Of a DNA stretch of 64,000 nt, positions 46,760-60,354 are shown in pieces. How positions within the stretch are numbered: the stretch's first letter is position 1; each line of letters begins with the position of its first letter. The notes under the pieces were generated by a model. The model searched no databases, was not told the origin of the DNA, and saw only the letters and a list, made by a program, of their open reading frames with translations. The DNA comes from Squalus acanthias (lineage: Eukaryota): contig CM059438.1 in NCBI GenBank assembly GCA_030390025.1, forward strand, positions 64,606,001-64,670,000. The letters are read 5' to 3'. The position numbers and the translations under genes are program-made.

Positions 46760-47440
46760 CAGCAAGCTCCCACAAACAGTCATGTGATAACAACCAGATA
46801 ATCTGTTTTAGTGATGTTGATTGAGGGATAAATGTTGGCCAGGACTCTCACCTGCTCTTCTTCGATATAGTGCCACAAGATCTTTTATGTCCACCTGAGA
46901 GAGCAGACGGGACCTCGGTTTAACGTCTCATCTGAAAGATGGCACCTCCGACAGTCAGCCTAGATTTTTGTGTCTTTTTTAGTCATTTTTTTATTCATTG
47001 GATGTGGGCGTCGCTGGCAAAGCCAGCATTTATTGCCCACGAGAAGGTGGTGGTGAGCCGCCTTCTTGAACCGCAGAGGGCAGCTAAGAGTTGCTGTGGG
47101 TCTGAAGTCACGTATAGGCCAGACCGGGTAAGGACAGCAGATTTCCTTCCCTAAAGTACATTAGTGAACCAGATGGGTTTTTACAACAATCCAGTAGTTT
47201 CATGGTTAAATTTCAGATTTATTTAATTCAATTTAAATCCCCCAGCAGTCTGAGGTGGGATTTGAATTCACATCACATTTCATTTTCAAGAAGGTGGGAG
47301 ATCATTAGTCCAGGCATCTGGATGACTAGTCCAGTAACATAACCACTATGCTACCGTATCCATTCATAACATATAAGTCTCCAGAGTGGGACTTGAACCC
47401 ACAACCTACTGACTCAGAGGTGAGGATGCTACCAACTGAA
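46760..47440 (-). mobile_element. DeuSINE interrupted by a second tRNA-derived SINE (46990-47360)
   Basis: DeuSINE body 46760-46975, head 47375-47440; the intervening element matches 7632-8062. Confidence 0.75.
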
Positions 47441-49189
47441 GTTGTTCTTGTTGTTGTTGTTTCTTTGCTGTAAATGCTATGCAATTCTATGCAACTCTTC
47501 ATTGACCATGGATAAACCTCAGAGCTTCCTTAGCGATTGAATTCAGTACCACAGCAGCAGTATATTTATCCAAAGGGGTATCAAGGGAGCCTGATCTCAA
47601 GCTTTTACACTTTGTATGTCAACACTGAGTTCCGATCGGGTACCGAATTTCCAGGCGTGCTTATTGGTGGTGCGGGGGGGGGTGGGGTGGGTTTAACCAG
47701 CTCCCTGTATCACAAGTCAGTACAAGTTTAATTTTCAAGAGGTGGGAGATTGTAGCCTGATGTAGGAATGGAGTAAGTCATTTTTCAGCAGGTGACACTG
47801 AGAAAATATTACAAGAAGTACTGTGGATTTCAACAGATCTGAAATGTTGGACAGAAATGTCACACGAAAAGAAGCTTCTGAAAGCTTAGTTATTTTTGGT
47901 TTGGAATCTCAGCATGTACAGGGGAAGATCAGCAGTTTATCACAGTGTTCACCCTGGGGACTGAGGAAGGGACTGCATTTCATTTGTCTTCTCCATGCTG
48001 TACACATCTCCTGTTGGCTGAACAAGCTGTTCTATTCATGTTGGAAAGTCCACTTCCGCAGGGCGGAAGGAGAATCTTAAAACAAAAAGCATGCAGCAGC
48101 ATGATGGAGAGAAATATATGGAGAAAGAATGGGGGATGGAAGAGAGATGGGAAGAACAAGAAAGAGATGGAGAAAGAGGGGAAAAGCTGAAAAAGGGGAA
48201 GAAGGTGAGAGATCGAGCAGAAAATGAGCCAGTGAGAGGAAAAAAAAGAGCAAATAAGAAGGGCCCAAGGCAATGACATGGTATGATATTCTATCTTCGT
48301 ATACAGATCTCTTGTCTAGCATGCACTTTTTCTGTCACACGTGAGGTACCACACTTGTACACATGGAAATTTATGGGGGTAATTTTAACTTAACCAGCCC
48401 AGCAGGGAACTGGCGTGATCGGATTGGCTGCCCATTTTAACCCCGCCCGATGTTACTCTCCATTGAAGTTAATGGAACGTGAAATCGGGTAGGGTGTAAA
48501 ACAGACAGCCGACCTGATCCTGGCAGGCACGTTTGGTTAAAATGAGATCTTCTGTGACACACTTTGCCTGATATGCTCACATTTTACATTCATAAAAAAA
48601 GCAACAAAGAACAATTAAGCAAGTAGGAAATGCACAAATGTTGTACAAAAAAACCCTCCAATGGATAAGTACCAAGGACAGATGAAAACAGCTGATCAAT
48701 AGCGAGTACTCAGCAAACAACTTCCAATTAATCAATGAGAATCAATATAATCACTCCAACTACTTTTTGAAAATGTTTTCATATTCCATGTTCGTTTCCT
48801 ACTCAGCTGAGAAATTTGATACTGGAAATAAAGTTTGTAAGAGAAAAAAGACGTGACAATTTACAAGAATAGGATTAAATTTACCGACACGATAGCATTT
48901 TGTGTGTTTGAATATCTCGAACAATGTTTTCTGTCAGAGGCTCGCTCCTTTTTGAAAAGCCATGGGGCTTCCAGAGCTATTCCAGTCAGGTGACTGAAGA
49001 GACGCAACATGGTATCAAACCACAACACCCAGGGTTCTTTATATGATTGACAGTTAGAGTGGCCATTGACAGAGCATTCCATGACTTGCTGCTTTTGTAA
49101 GCCCTGCCCCTTTCCCTCCAAGTGGTTTAGAAAGGTTAAGAGGAGGTACGAAGAAAGACTGGAACTGGCAAGTAACATAAAAGGAAATA

Positions 49190-50870
49190 ATATTGCATTT
49201 TATAAGCATGTTAACAAGTCAAAGAACAGATAAAGTATAGAGCGAATTAGAGATGAAGAAGGAGACCTTCTTATGGAGGATGAAGGAATGGTACTAAATG
49301 AGAACTTCACCTTGGTTTTCACAGAAGAATGTGGTAGTGGCAATGAAAGGGGACAAGAGGAGGAGGTGGAACAATTAGATAGGATAACTAAAGGGAAGGA
49401 GGTTGTGCTGAAAAAAGATTGTGGAACACAAAGTGAAAGACTTCAGGCCCTGAGAGTATGTATCCTAGAATGCTGAGGGAAATCAGGGAGGAAATAGCAG
49501 AGACCGTGACCACATTCTTTCAACATCCTTAGATATGGATGTTTTGATGTAAGACTGGAGGGGTTGCCAATGTAACACCTCTGTTCAAAAAGGGAGAAAG
49601 AGCAGTCAAGCTAACATCAGTTGGTAAGCTTCTAGAGGCCATAATATGGGATAGAATTAATATTCACCTAGAAAGACATGGGTTAATTAAGGACAGGGGG
49701 CATGGGGTTGTGAAGACTAATCATATCTGATAAACTTAATAGAGTTCTTTGAGGTAATTGGAGGGTGCACTGATGAAGGGACTCCTGTGCATGTTGTGCA
49801 TTTGGATTTTCAAAAGGTGCTTGATAGGTGCTCCATGGGGATCTATTCTTGGACCCTTGTAATTTGCAATATTTGTGAATGATGCAGAGCAGGATGAATT
49901 GTAGCAATGTTTGCTGATGACATAAAGCTCTGTGGGCAGGTAATGAGCAGGAAGGACTTTGATTACCTTCAGAGAGACTTGGACAAATGATGCAGGTGGG
50001 CTGACGACTGGCAGGAGGATTTTTATGTGGATAAATGTAGGGCAATGCGTTTAGAACAGCTAAATGTAAACGTATGTATGACATAAGAGGGTTGCATTTG
50101 GCAGAGCCCAAAGGGAAAAGGATTTTGGAGTGATCATTAATCATTCCCTAAAAGCATTTGGTCAGTGCGAGGCAGTTATTAATAAGGCACCTCGGTTATT
50201 AAGGTGCATCTGGAGGGCATTGCAAAACAAGCCAAAAGTGTATGCTGACATGGTACAGATTAATGGTGAGGCTAATCCTGGAGGGTGATGCGTAGCTTTT
50301 GTTCAGGGATGAGTGACCAGGATGATTACTGACCTTAAGTGATGAAGGAAGGTTCAAGCGACAAAACTGTTGAAGGAACGATTGAGAGGAGACATAATAT
50401 AGGTCTTCAACAAAATGTAAAGTACACAAGGTGGAAGTAAACAAATTATTTAATTTGGACAATAAGCCTAGTACTAGAGAACACAAATATAAAGTTGACA
50501 AGCCTCCTGCAAGGTTCGGGATTAGGAAAAAAACTTTTTTTTCTTCTCACAAGATAGTGGACATGTGGAAGGAATGCCCAAAGGATGTTGACTCCTGATC
50601 AAATGGGTCCCTTAAAAAGAGTTGAATTAATATCGATTGAGAAATGGGAATGAGGATAACAGAGATATTTAATAACGCATTTTTTTTTTCAGTGGCAGTT
50701 AAGGAAGGGTGGATAACGTAACTGTGTAATAAGAAAGTTCATGCTCTCTAAAGTAAGGATGAGCAGGTTTTGTGAGAGTGATGTCCATGGTAGAATAATC
50801 ACACGTAGACGCTGGATGAAGTGGGCTTTCTGAGCTCGATGCCTTTCCTTGCTTTGAATTTTATGCTCTT
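49190..50870 (+). mobile_element. Old, heavily decayed CR1 ORF2
   Basis: DWRVANVTPLFKKG at about 49553, LDFQK, MFADDIKL at about 49907. Confidence 0.8.
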
Positions 50871-50884
50871 ATGTGTATCATTCT

Positions 50885-51680
50885 AAGAACATAAGAACAT
50901 AAGAAATAAAAGCAGGAGTAGGCAATTTGACCCCTCGAGCTTGCTCCGCCATTTAATAAGATCATGGCTGATCTTCTACCTCATCTCCACTTTCCTGCAC
51001 TATCCCCATATCCCTTGATTCCCTTAATACCCAAAAATCTATCGATCTCTCTCTTGAATATACTCAACGACTGAGCCTCCACAGCCCTCTGGGGTAGAGA
51101 ATTCCAAAAGATTCACCACCCTCTGAGTGAAGAAATTTCTCCTCATCTCAGTCCTAAATGGCCAACCCCTTATTCTGAGACTGTGACCCCTGGTTCTAGA
51201 CTCCCCAGCCAGGGGAAACCTCCTCCCTACTTCTACCCTGTCAAGCCCTGTAAGAATTTTGTATGTTTTAATGAGATAACCTTTCATTCTTCTAAACTCT
51301 AGAGAATATAGGCCTAGTCTACTCAATCTCTCCTCATAGGACAATCCCCCCATCCCAGGAATCAGTCTGGTGAACCTTCATTGCACTCCCTCTATGGCAA
51401 GTATATCCTTCCTTAGGTAAGGAGACCAAAACTGTACACAATACTCCAGGTGTGGTCTCACCAGGGCCCTATATAATTGCAGTAAGACGTTTTTACTCTT
51501 ATACTCAAATCCTCTTGTAATAAAGGCCAACATACCATTTGCTTTCCTAATTGCTTACTGTACCTGCATGTTAACTTTCAGTGATTCGTGTACAAGGACA
51601 CCCAGGTCCCTCTGAACACCAACATTTCCCAATCGCTCGCCATTTAAAAAAATGCTCTGCTTTTCTATTTTTCCTACCAG
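50885..51680 (-). mobile_element. Young CR1 3' fragment
   Basis: YEERLSRLGLYSLEFRRM...; (CATAAGAA)n tail. Confidence 0.93.
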
Positions 51681-52800
51681 AGGACAAAAAATATTATACG
51701 TGATCCTGAGCGACCCTTCACCACCATGCTACAGGCACAGATTTATGTCTTTATGTAACTGTGGTATGTAGGGGGAAAGCACATTTATTTGGGCATCTAC
51801 CGCCAGTGGATAAGGCAAACACTATTTAATTTCCAATCAGAAAGCACTTCAGTGACTCTGAACATATGTTTCTCAAACTACTTTCCAAATCCTTTAAGTA
51901 GAACCTCTCCCCCAATCCAGCACCATCCCTGCAACAGTGCTTATCTCCAAATCACAGTGTGCAATGCCATGCGAGATCCAGTAATTACATAATATCCAGG
52001 CTTTGATGTTGAGTTTGAGATTCCTTGGTTAATGATTACCACAGGCTATATAAGAGCTCAGGTATCTGCTAATGTCCTCTTTTACTAATGAGCACTGTTC
52101 CGGGGGGGGGGGAGGGGGTGGGGGGCGGTGCGGTGTAGAATGGGCAAGTATTCAAAGTACAGGCACAAAACTCATTTCATGGCTTGGATTATGAGAACAC
52201 ACACGTATTTCCAAGTTGAACACTACATTAAAATCAGCAATGCAGCTGTGTAATAAGATGAGGACATTAAAGGCCGCCAATAATTGGAGGCGTGCACTCA
52301 GAGAATCAGATGATTTAGACCAGTAATTTATTAGGACCGGCTCTGAACATCAGTTGCAGTGTAATTTATCGGTGTATCTGAAACAAATTATTAATGACAC
52401 AATGCATGTCGCTGAATTAACTTTTAAAGAATAATAAATTACTTTTTGTGAAACAAGTAATAACTTCAAGGGCACAAAGCCGATATAAAAACATTGAAAT
52501 ATGAAACATTATGTTGTGCATGCAGTTCATCCTTTAATGAATAGGAAAGCTTTCATTTGAAAACTGGCACAGAATCATCAGAGGAAATAAATAAATCCTA
52601 TTGCTGACATTTCTCTCTGTGAAGCTCCTGTTAATAAAACTTCAGTGTATGCCACACTGTAACTTCCTGTACAGTTTAAGCTTACTTCCCGTGTAATGCT
52701 TTTATAATGGAAAACTTGTAAATATGTCACAAGGGAATCTATATTAACATTTTATAATAGGCAACAGTATTTTGACTTTTGAAGGTAACAGTTGGTTGAT

Positions 52801-52814
52801 GTGTCAGCCAGTGA

Positions 52815-52847
<33 letters not shown>

Positions 52848-53250
52848 ATTGTGGGTTCAAGTCTCCTTCGAGACTTGAGCACAAAAAGCTAGGCTGACAC
52901 TCCAGTGCAGTGCTGAGGGAGAGCTGCACTGTCGGAGGTGCCGTCTTTCAGATGAGACGTTAAACTGAGGCCCCGTCTACTCTCTCAGGTGGATGTAAAA
53001 GATCCCATGTTGCTCTTTCGAACAAGAGCAGGGAGTTATACCAGGTGTCCTGGACAATGTTTATCCCTCAATCAACATCACTACAACAGATTATTGGGTC
53101 ATTAACACATTGCTGTTTGTGGGAGTTTGCTGTGTGCAAATTGGCTCCTGTGTTGCCTACATTACAACAGTGAGTACACTTCAAAAAGTACTTCATTGGC
53201 TGGTAAGTGCTTTGGGACGTCCGGTGGTCATGAATGGCGCTATATAAAGG
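52801..53250 (+). mobile_element. DeuSINE, full length
   Basis: Colinear with 58716-59183. Confidence 0.9.
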
Positions 53251-54814
53251 CTGGGAAAAGACATTGTTTATGCTGTTTCTCCAGGGTTTCTGAGGCTCTT
53301 CCACCAAGGTTGGGGGCGGATGAGCAGGAGACTCTCCGCGGAAAGTCACTTCCTATGATCTTTAGAAGCTGCATGCTTTTCAGGTGCACTGATCATTTCC
53401 CACCCCCCTCCCCTCAGCATTGACTCCTTGCTGCAGTCTGGTCTCAACCCGATTGGCCAGCCTCCTGTATCTCACCCAAGTGGTCATTATTCATGTTTGA
53501 GCCTTGACAGTGAGTGCTAGCAGACTATTCGATAATACGGCATGTGACAGCAACCCTCGTCCTCGCCCAATGTCTAAACGCGATCGCTTCCAGTAGTTTG
53601 ATTTTACATCTCAATAATCCTGTTTTCCTATCTTCTCACTAACTCCTTATTTTTGCACTGAAAATGGTTTTAATTTTTACAGATCCATTTTCTGGTGAAA
53701 ACTTTTAATTGAAGAAGAAAGTTAATTTTTTGCAAATTTAAAAGAACAAATTGCTGCGTGACAGTCGATACCTTTAAATAATATACATTTTTTTATTAAG
53801 AGTCCTAAATTCTGCCATAACTTACAAGTTCATTAGTGGTTTATAGTTCAGCATGGAAATGAAAGAAGATGAGGCTTTTAGTTTAGGGATTAGCTGTACT
53901 GCTGTGATGTTTCTCTTAGATTGGGTGCTTATATCCAAACACTTGGCCATTGATGCCAGATGGTTAATGAATGGCCAATCCTACTGATCTCTGAAACGTG
54001 ACCCCCACTTGGAGACAAAGTCTCGGTTTGTTTGACCTTGGGGCAGGCACCACCTTGAACACCATTATATATTTAATTAAGCCTATGCCAAGGATTCAAT
54101 CAGCTTGGAACAACTCAAATCACATTAAGCTTGCCTACGTGAGGCAAAAAACGAGGTGGTAGATTTTGGCAGGTGCATGACTGAAGTTCAGCAGAATTGC
54201 TTTGAAGTTGGTATTAGTTTTAACCATGAATCCATCTTCTTGCAGATTCCATTGCAACGGTGACCTTGGAACAATCTTTACAGACACATCAATAAACCCT
54301 GATTCAAGCTGTTAGCTTTGTCTGTCGCTTGCAGCGAGGGCTGTCAATCTTTTCTTCTGCAGATATCCCATCAATGACTGTCACATCCACCAACCAATTA
54401 TTTGGTCAGACCTTAGATTCACCTGGAGAATGAATAAGCTGTAATTGTGATTTGCAGAAACCTTCAATGTGGAGGCTGGGTAATGGAGTGCAGGGTTCAT
54501 TTTCAGCTAGTCTTGAGTTCTTTATTTTGGATAATACCCAACATTTTCAAGTCACCTTAAGCATCATTTTTTCCTACTGAGAATATTCAGTGAAAATGTG
54601 TATTCAGTATTCCATATTCAGTTTAAAGTGTGCCTTCCTTTCTTTTATAATCTTCTCATTTTCCTTCTCTTAAAACTAATGCCTTATGCTGGGCTTTGAT
54701 CCACGGATAATGTCTGCCTTCGCACCTCAACCGAATGTGTCGGCAGGCTCAACAACAGTGGCAGAAAAGGGGACTTCTGTTTTCATTCAAAGTGAATTTA
54801 GATTGTGTCAATCC

Positions 54815-55280
54815 ATAGGGAACATTCGATTAGATCGCGATCTGTACCTCAACTCCGTTGACCCGCCTTAGCTCCATATCCCTTGCTGCCCTTACCTACT
54901 TACTTAGCAATCTATCAATCTCAGTCTTGAAAGCTCCAATTGTCCCAGGATCCACAGTCTTTTGGGGGAGAGAATTCCAGATTTTCACTAGATGTTAAAT
55001 CGAGGCCCCATCGGTTTTACATCCTCTCAGGTAGACGTAAAATATCACATGCCACTATTCAAAGAAAAGCAGGGGAGCTCTTCCAGCCACCATTTATCCC
55101 TCAACCAGCAGCACTAAAGAAAACCATATTATCTGGTCATGTAGCTCATTCCTGTTTGTGGGACCTTATTAGCAAATTAGCTGCTGCATTTCCCTGCAAT
55201 ACAACAGTGAACACATTTCAAAAGTATTTCACTGGGCTGTAAAAGGCGCTATATAAATGGAAGCTCTCTATTCTTTCTTC
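54815..55280. mobile_element. CR1 3' fragment (minus, about 54815-54985) abutting a degenerate DeuSINE (plus, about 54990-55280)
   Basis: Similarity by eye to 21963-22170 and to the Deu core and tail. Confidence 0.65.
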
Positions 55281-55939
55281 CTTATCTCATGTCAGGAGGC
55301 CAAGAAATAATCCCACCCAGAGGATAGAGGTTGACTCTATTTGTTTGGGCATGGCATGAGGTGGCTGTGGAGAATGTACTCCCGGGAAAGGGTTTTGATT
55401 GACAGTCCTGCTGGCAAATCCCGACTTGGAAGGGAGTCAGAACCACCTCCCCTCGGCTTCAGAGGGTTAGAATAAATGGAAAAGAGGGGAAAAATCTTGT
55501 TTAGGAAGCAGGTAGGTTTTGAACAATTGTGAGACACAGCTCTTAGCCCCAAAGCTGGAAGCTAATAAATGCAGGAGATCAGATCTTGCAGTTAGAAGTT
55601 TTCTCGAGAGAAAGGCATGTCAAAAACAAGTCAGATCTCTGAAAGAGATAAGGCACATGACTTATTATTTTTCCTGTTTTTCAAGGAGAGAAGTAAGATT
55701 GATATAAGTAAGTGGAATTTGCAATCAGTTACATTCCCTTGCCGTCTGAGGGGAAAAAAGCAGCTTAATGATTCATATGTGACCTTGTTTCGCCAAATGT
55801 TTCTCAGTCCACCTCTGAAAAGATTGAAGAGGTGCAAGTGGGGGCATGTGCGAAAGACACAATATCCAGTTTGGATACACCCCTGGGCTACGCTATCATA
55901 TTGTTAGATATTGGCAGTAGAGGTACACTCCTAAATATA

Positions 55940-57530
55940 AGACTCTCAGACCACTTACAGGAATGACCATCACAGCTATATTAGAGACAATATCCAAGAC
56001 AGACCCTAAAATTGTAACAATGTATAGGGGCTCAACTCTCTTTGGCTTCTCTCCACTAAATTCACCATGCTCCAAACATCTCTCCCTTCTTATAAACACC
56101 CAGCTAATATTCACAGCAATCCCTCCAATCTTCCTTGACTTCTCTATTCCCATAGACTTGAAAATCAACAAGGCTTTCTCTCACCATTTCTTTGTGTCAC
56201 TCACCACACATGCCATTCTATCCTCCAACCCCACTGCCTTCTGCATTTGCCCATGAAAAAAAAATTCCCCCAAGTTATTTACAGCCACACTCTCAAATTC
56301 CCAACTACCTATCATGTGGCCCTTCCTTCACCACAATACCTCTGCAACTGTTAATTTGCTCAACCAATCACTCACCTGCACCTTCGATGTTCTCATCCCC
56401 AGCAAAACCTTCACTATCTCCCAACCCTGTAATTCCCCCGGTACGGCCCCCATCCTCGCTTCAAGTCCTAGTCAAAACATCGGATTTTACTGGGCCTCTG
56501 CCAAAACCACTACTCAAGGATCATCTCCAAAGGCAACAATAAACCCAGACAATTTTTCCTTACTATCAACTTCCCCCTTAAGCCCTCCCACGAACCCACC
56601 CACCACCCTCACCTCCAAAAAGTGCAATGGCCTCATCCATTTAGCTGCTTCTGCTGCTTGCCCCCTTACCCTTGCCCACAAAATCAAATCTCTGCTCAGT
56701 CCCACCCCCACTCTCTTCAATTTCCTTTTGTTCATTCCCAGTTCATCTCAACAATAAGAAGAACAATTTGAATTTATATAGTGCCTTTAATGTTGTAAAA
56801 TGTCCCAAAGGCACTTCACAAGAGCGTTACCAAACAAAATTTGACACCGAGCCACATAAGGAGATATTAGGACCTGGTGACCAAAAAACTTAGTCCAGAG
56901 GTAGCTTTTAAGGAGCATCTTAAAGGAAGATAGATCGGTAGAGAGGTTCAGGAAGGGAATTAGAGCTTAGGCCCCAAGCAGCTGAAGGCATGGCTGCCAA
57001 TGGTGGAGCGATTAAAATCGGGGATGTGCAAGAGGCTAGAATTGGAGGAGCGCAGAGATCTCGGAGGGTTGTAGGGCGGGAGGAGGTTACAGAGATAGGG
57101 AGGGGCGAGGCCATGGCGGGATTTGAAAACAAGGATGAGAATTATAAATTGAGGTGCTGCTGGGCCAAAAACAATCTAGGTCAGCGAGCACAGTGTGATG
57201 GGTGAAGAGGACTTGGTGTGAGTTAGGGTACGAGCAGAGTTTTAGACAATTCAAGTTTATCGAGGGTGGAAGAGGAGAGGCCGACCAGGAGAGCATTGGA
57301 ATAGTCAAGTCTAGAGGTAACAAAGGCATGGATGAGGGTTTCAGCAGCAGATGACCTGAGGCAGGGGCAGAGACGAGCGATATTACGGAGGTAGAAGCTA
57401 GAAGCAGGCGGTCTTGGTCAGAGGCTTAGCTCAGGGTCAGATAGGACCAAAGATTATGAACGATCTGGTTCAGCCTTAGATAGTGACCAGGGAGAGGGAT
57501 GGAGTCAGTGGCCAGGGAACGAAGTTCGTC
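55940..57530. mobile_element. L2 LINE fragments: endonuclease-region piece on plus (about 55940-56750), 3' piece on minus (about 56752-57530)
   Basis: C/T-rich L2-like coding remnant; minus piece ends in AAAGGCACTATATAAAT, the tail shared with DeuSINEs. Confidence 0.65.
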
Positions 57531-58715
57531 CATGAGGCCAGCCTCCTTCTCCCTTGACTCCATTCCCCCTAAAATGATGAACCCTCCTGAGGTTGTGAAA
57601 GGCACTATATAAATGCAAACCTTTTTTTCTTTTGAACACTCGTGTCTGCCTGAAATAGCCAGCATGCTAACGCGCTATAAGTGATGACTTGTAACTAACA
57701 GTAATGGCAAATGGTTAGTGCTATTTTCCTGATTTAACCGATTGCCCCCATTTTAAATGTGGCCGGTTTAAGTGGTTGCACTGCGTATCACTCATGAATA
57801 ATCACTTGTGTGTTGTTGTGCTTTCCAGCAGCTTTCATATTTTATTTTGCCAACATAATGCAGCTTCTTTCATAGATGTATGCTCCCATCATAAATTCTA
57901 TTTCTGCTTAACAGTCAACTCTGTTTCAAGGACAAGGCACATAAACTCTACCAATTAGAATAGAAATCAATTGGCCATTTGCAGATAAATTTTCAGAAAG
58001 GATTTGCTGGTATTTTCCTGCTTTTTCCTCATCCCTCTTCAGTTCCTCTGATACTGGCTGATAACTGAGTGAATATATCGCCCTTGTTCAAAAAGGTTTA
58101 TTGCATTCAAGGACATCGCACAGTAAGCGATGAATCTCAGAGTACAGTAGGACATGTTCTGAATGCTAATCAGTCCTTGGTTGTTTCCACCCAAATGATA
58201 CTCGACTTGCAATTTTCTTTGAACCTTCATAGGTTTTAAAGATTTGCAACTTTTGTAATTGCCAAAGAGTATCACACAAAAACTGAAATATTTTGTGCAT
58301 TTGATAAAGAAATTGATTTAAGTGAATATTTCCAAAATGTTAACTCTGAAAACTATGGTCACAATCTTTTTCCAAAGTAAGGGATATCAACAGAATTTGA
58401 GCACCTGCTGCTCTCTCATTTTTCCTCTTCAGGTGTTTACCTGGACCATGCAGTTCCTGAATAGAGAGTGAGCGACTCATCTGGCTTTAAGCTTCTGCAA
58501 CAGTCACTCAGGGACATGTGAAAGTGGTCAATGATGATGATGCTGCGGGCTGCACTTTCACACCTTCCTTGAAGGGAAACACTCAGGAGGCACATGTACT
58601 GTACGGCATTAGCAGTCAACCTCCTCACTTCTATGGTTCACAAGAGATGTTGAGCAGCACAAGACACTTCGTAGTGCATTATACGGAACAGACTGTATTA
58701 ATGGCAGCCGTTAGA

Positions 58716-59183
58716 GTGTCAGCTGTGGCTCAGTGGGTAGCACACTCGCCTCTGAGTCAGAAGGTTGTGGGTTCAAGTCCCACTCCAGGGACTTGAGCAC
58801 ATAAAGCGAGGCTGACACTCCAGTGCAGTGCTGAGGGAGTGCTGCGCTGTCTGAGGTGCCGTTTTTCAGATGAGACGTTAAGCCGAGGCCCCGTCTGCTC
58901 TTTCAGGTGGACGTAAAAGATCCCATGGCACTATTTCGAAGAAGAGCAGGGGAGTTATCCCCGGTGTCCTGGCCAATATTTATCCCTCAACCAACATAAC
59001 AAAAACAGATTATCTGGTCATTATCACATTGCTGTTTGTGGGACCTTGCTGTGTGCAAATTAGCTGCCACGTTTCCTACATTACAACAGTGACTTCACTT
59101 CAAAAAGTATTTCATTGACTGTAAAGCACTTTGAGACATCCGGTGGTTGTGAAAGGCACTATATAAATGCAAGTCTTTCTTTC
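58716..59183 (+). mobile_element. DeuSINE (SacSINE1-like), full length and well preserved
   Basis: A box TGGCTCAGTGGG at 58726, B box GGTTCAAGTCC at 58770, Deu core, tail. Confidence 0.92.
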
Positions 59184-59185
59184 AT

Positions 59186-59279
59186 GAAATACAAACAGAA
59201 AATGCTGGAAATATGCAGGTCAGGCAACATCTGTGGAGAGAGAAATAGAGTTAACGTTTCAGGTCGATGACCCTTCATC
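59186..59279 (-). mobile_element. End fragment of a second Penelope-like family with partial hammerhead motif
   Basis: Minus strand GAUGA-AGGGUC(AUC)GACCU-GAAA-CGUU; same core layout as 5215-5251 with different stems. Confidence 0.6.
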
Positions 59280-60354
59280 TTAATGATTTGCTTGAGTGAT
59301 CAGCTTAACCAGACAAAAAGAGAGTGGCTATCTTTCGAGCCCTCTGAGGAACTATTGAAAATCATGCTTCTTTATACATCATATTTTGCCTACATCAAAG
59401 GTACATGTCATCGATAAGACATCATGATATATCCCCGAATCCTTTGAAGATAGTCTATTCATGTAAATACTTGTTTATTCCAAAGCTACTTCTTCGATAA
59501 GACTTCCTGACCTAACTGTCCCCAACCGCTAAAGAACAGGCTTTATCAACCGTCATCTTTCTATACCATAGCTAATGGATACCTCTGTTTATTACCCTAG
59601 CGTCTAAAGTTACACGTTAATCACTCATGGCTGACATCATTACGGTCATGTATTTCTTTACACAAGTACTTTTCGTATCAAGACAAGCTATGCATTCCTC
59701 TCTTGACACTTCAAAGCCATCCTGTTTATCTTGTAAAAACTATTGCTCAACGATACAAAGAAGTTCAACTGTTAACCCTTAACTCCAAGATGTTCAACAT
59801 ACATCCCTGCAGGATGTCCAACACATGGCTCAGACAGAACACCAAGGGAAATTTAGGAAACCTAGGCCTAGAAATTCAGGTGGTTTGTGCCACCCGTTAG
59901 CACCCTGAAATGGCAAGAAAGTGGCGTCCACCGCTCTTCCGCCAGCTAGTGGTGAATCCCGCGGCAGGCGCCATTTTGGAAGTGCTGGTAGCGCTGCCGG
60001 TAAATGTGATCGCCATAGAGATCTAAATCCGTGATGCCAGAGAGTGTGCAACGCTCACTTGACGCCCGGTCTGCACTATTCGCTCTTGCCATTGAACCTA
60101 TCGGCATTTCTCCACACCAACAGGGAGAGCAGGTGTCTAGCAGCAGGAAGGAGGCTTCAGCAATGATATTTAAAGGGGCCATCAGCAATCAGCTGCACCT
60201 GGCATGGTTCTGCAGTTTGAGTGGCTGTCTGCTACTTCCTGCAACTCAGCCTTCTTTACTTATTTCAAGGTTATTTGGTAACGGGGTGTTATTGCAAGTG
60301 AAGAACTCACTCATTATTTTTAAAGGCTTCTGCTCACAAAACTTGCTCACAGTC

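Noticed and set aside
47945..48322. Charged or hydrophobic ORFs
   Set aside because: Purine-rich low-complexity tract.
58040..58700. Two good plus-strand acceptors (58042, 58432)
   Set aside because: All frames close quickly; no coding or transcript evidence.
58716..58795. tRNA gene (also at 8372 and 52801)
   Set aside because: A and B boxes continue into Deu core and LINE-type tail, so these are SINE heads.
59290..59860. Possible decayed viral or Penelope coding remnant
   Set aside because: Manual translation gave no convincing motif; a TBLASTX/HMM search would be needed.
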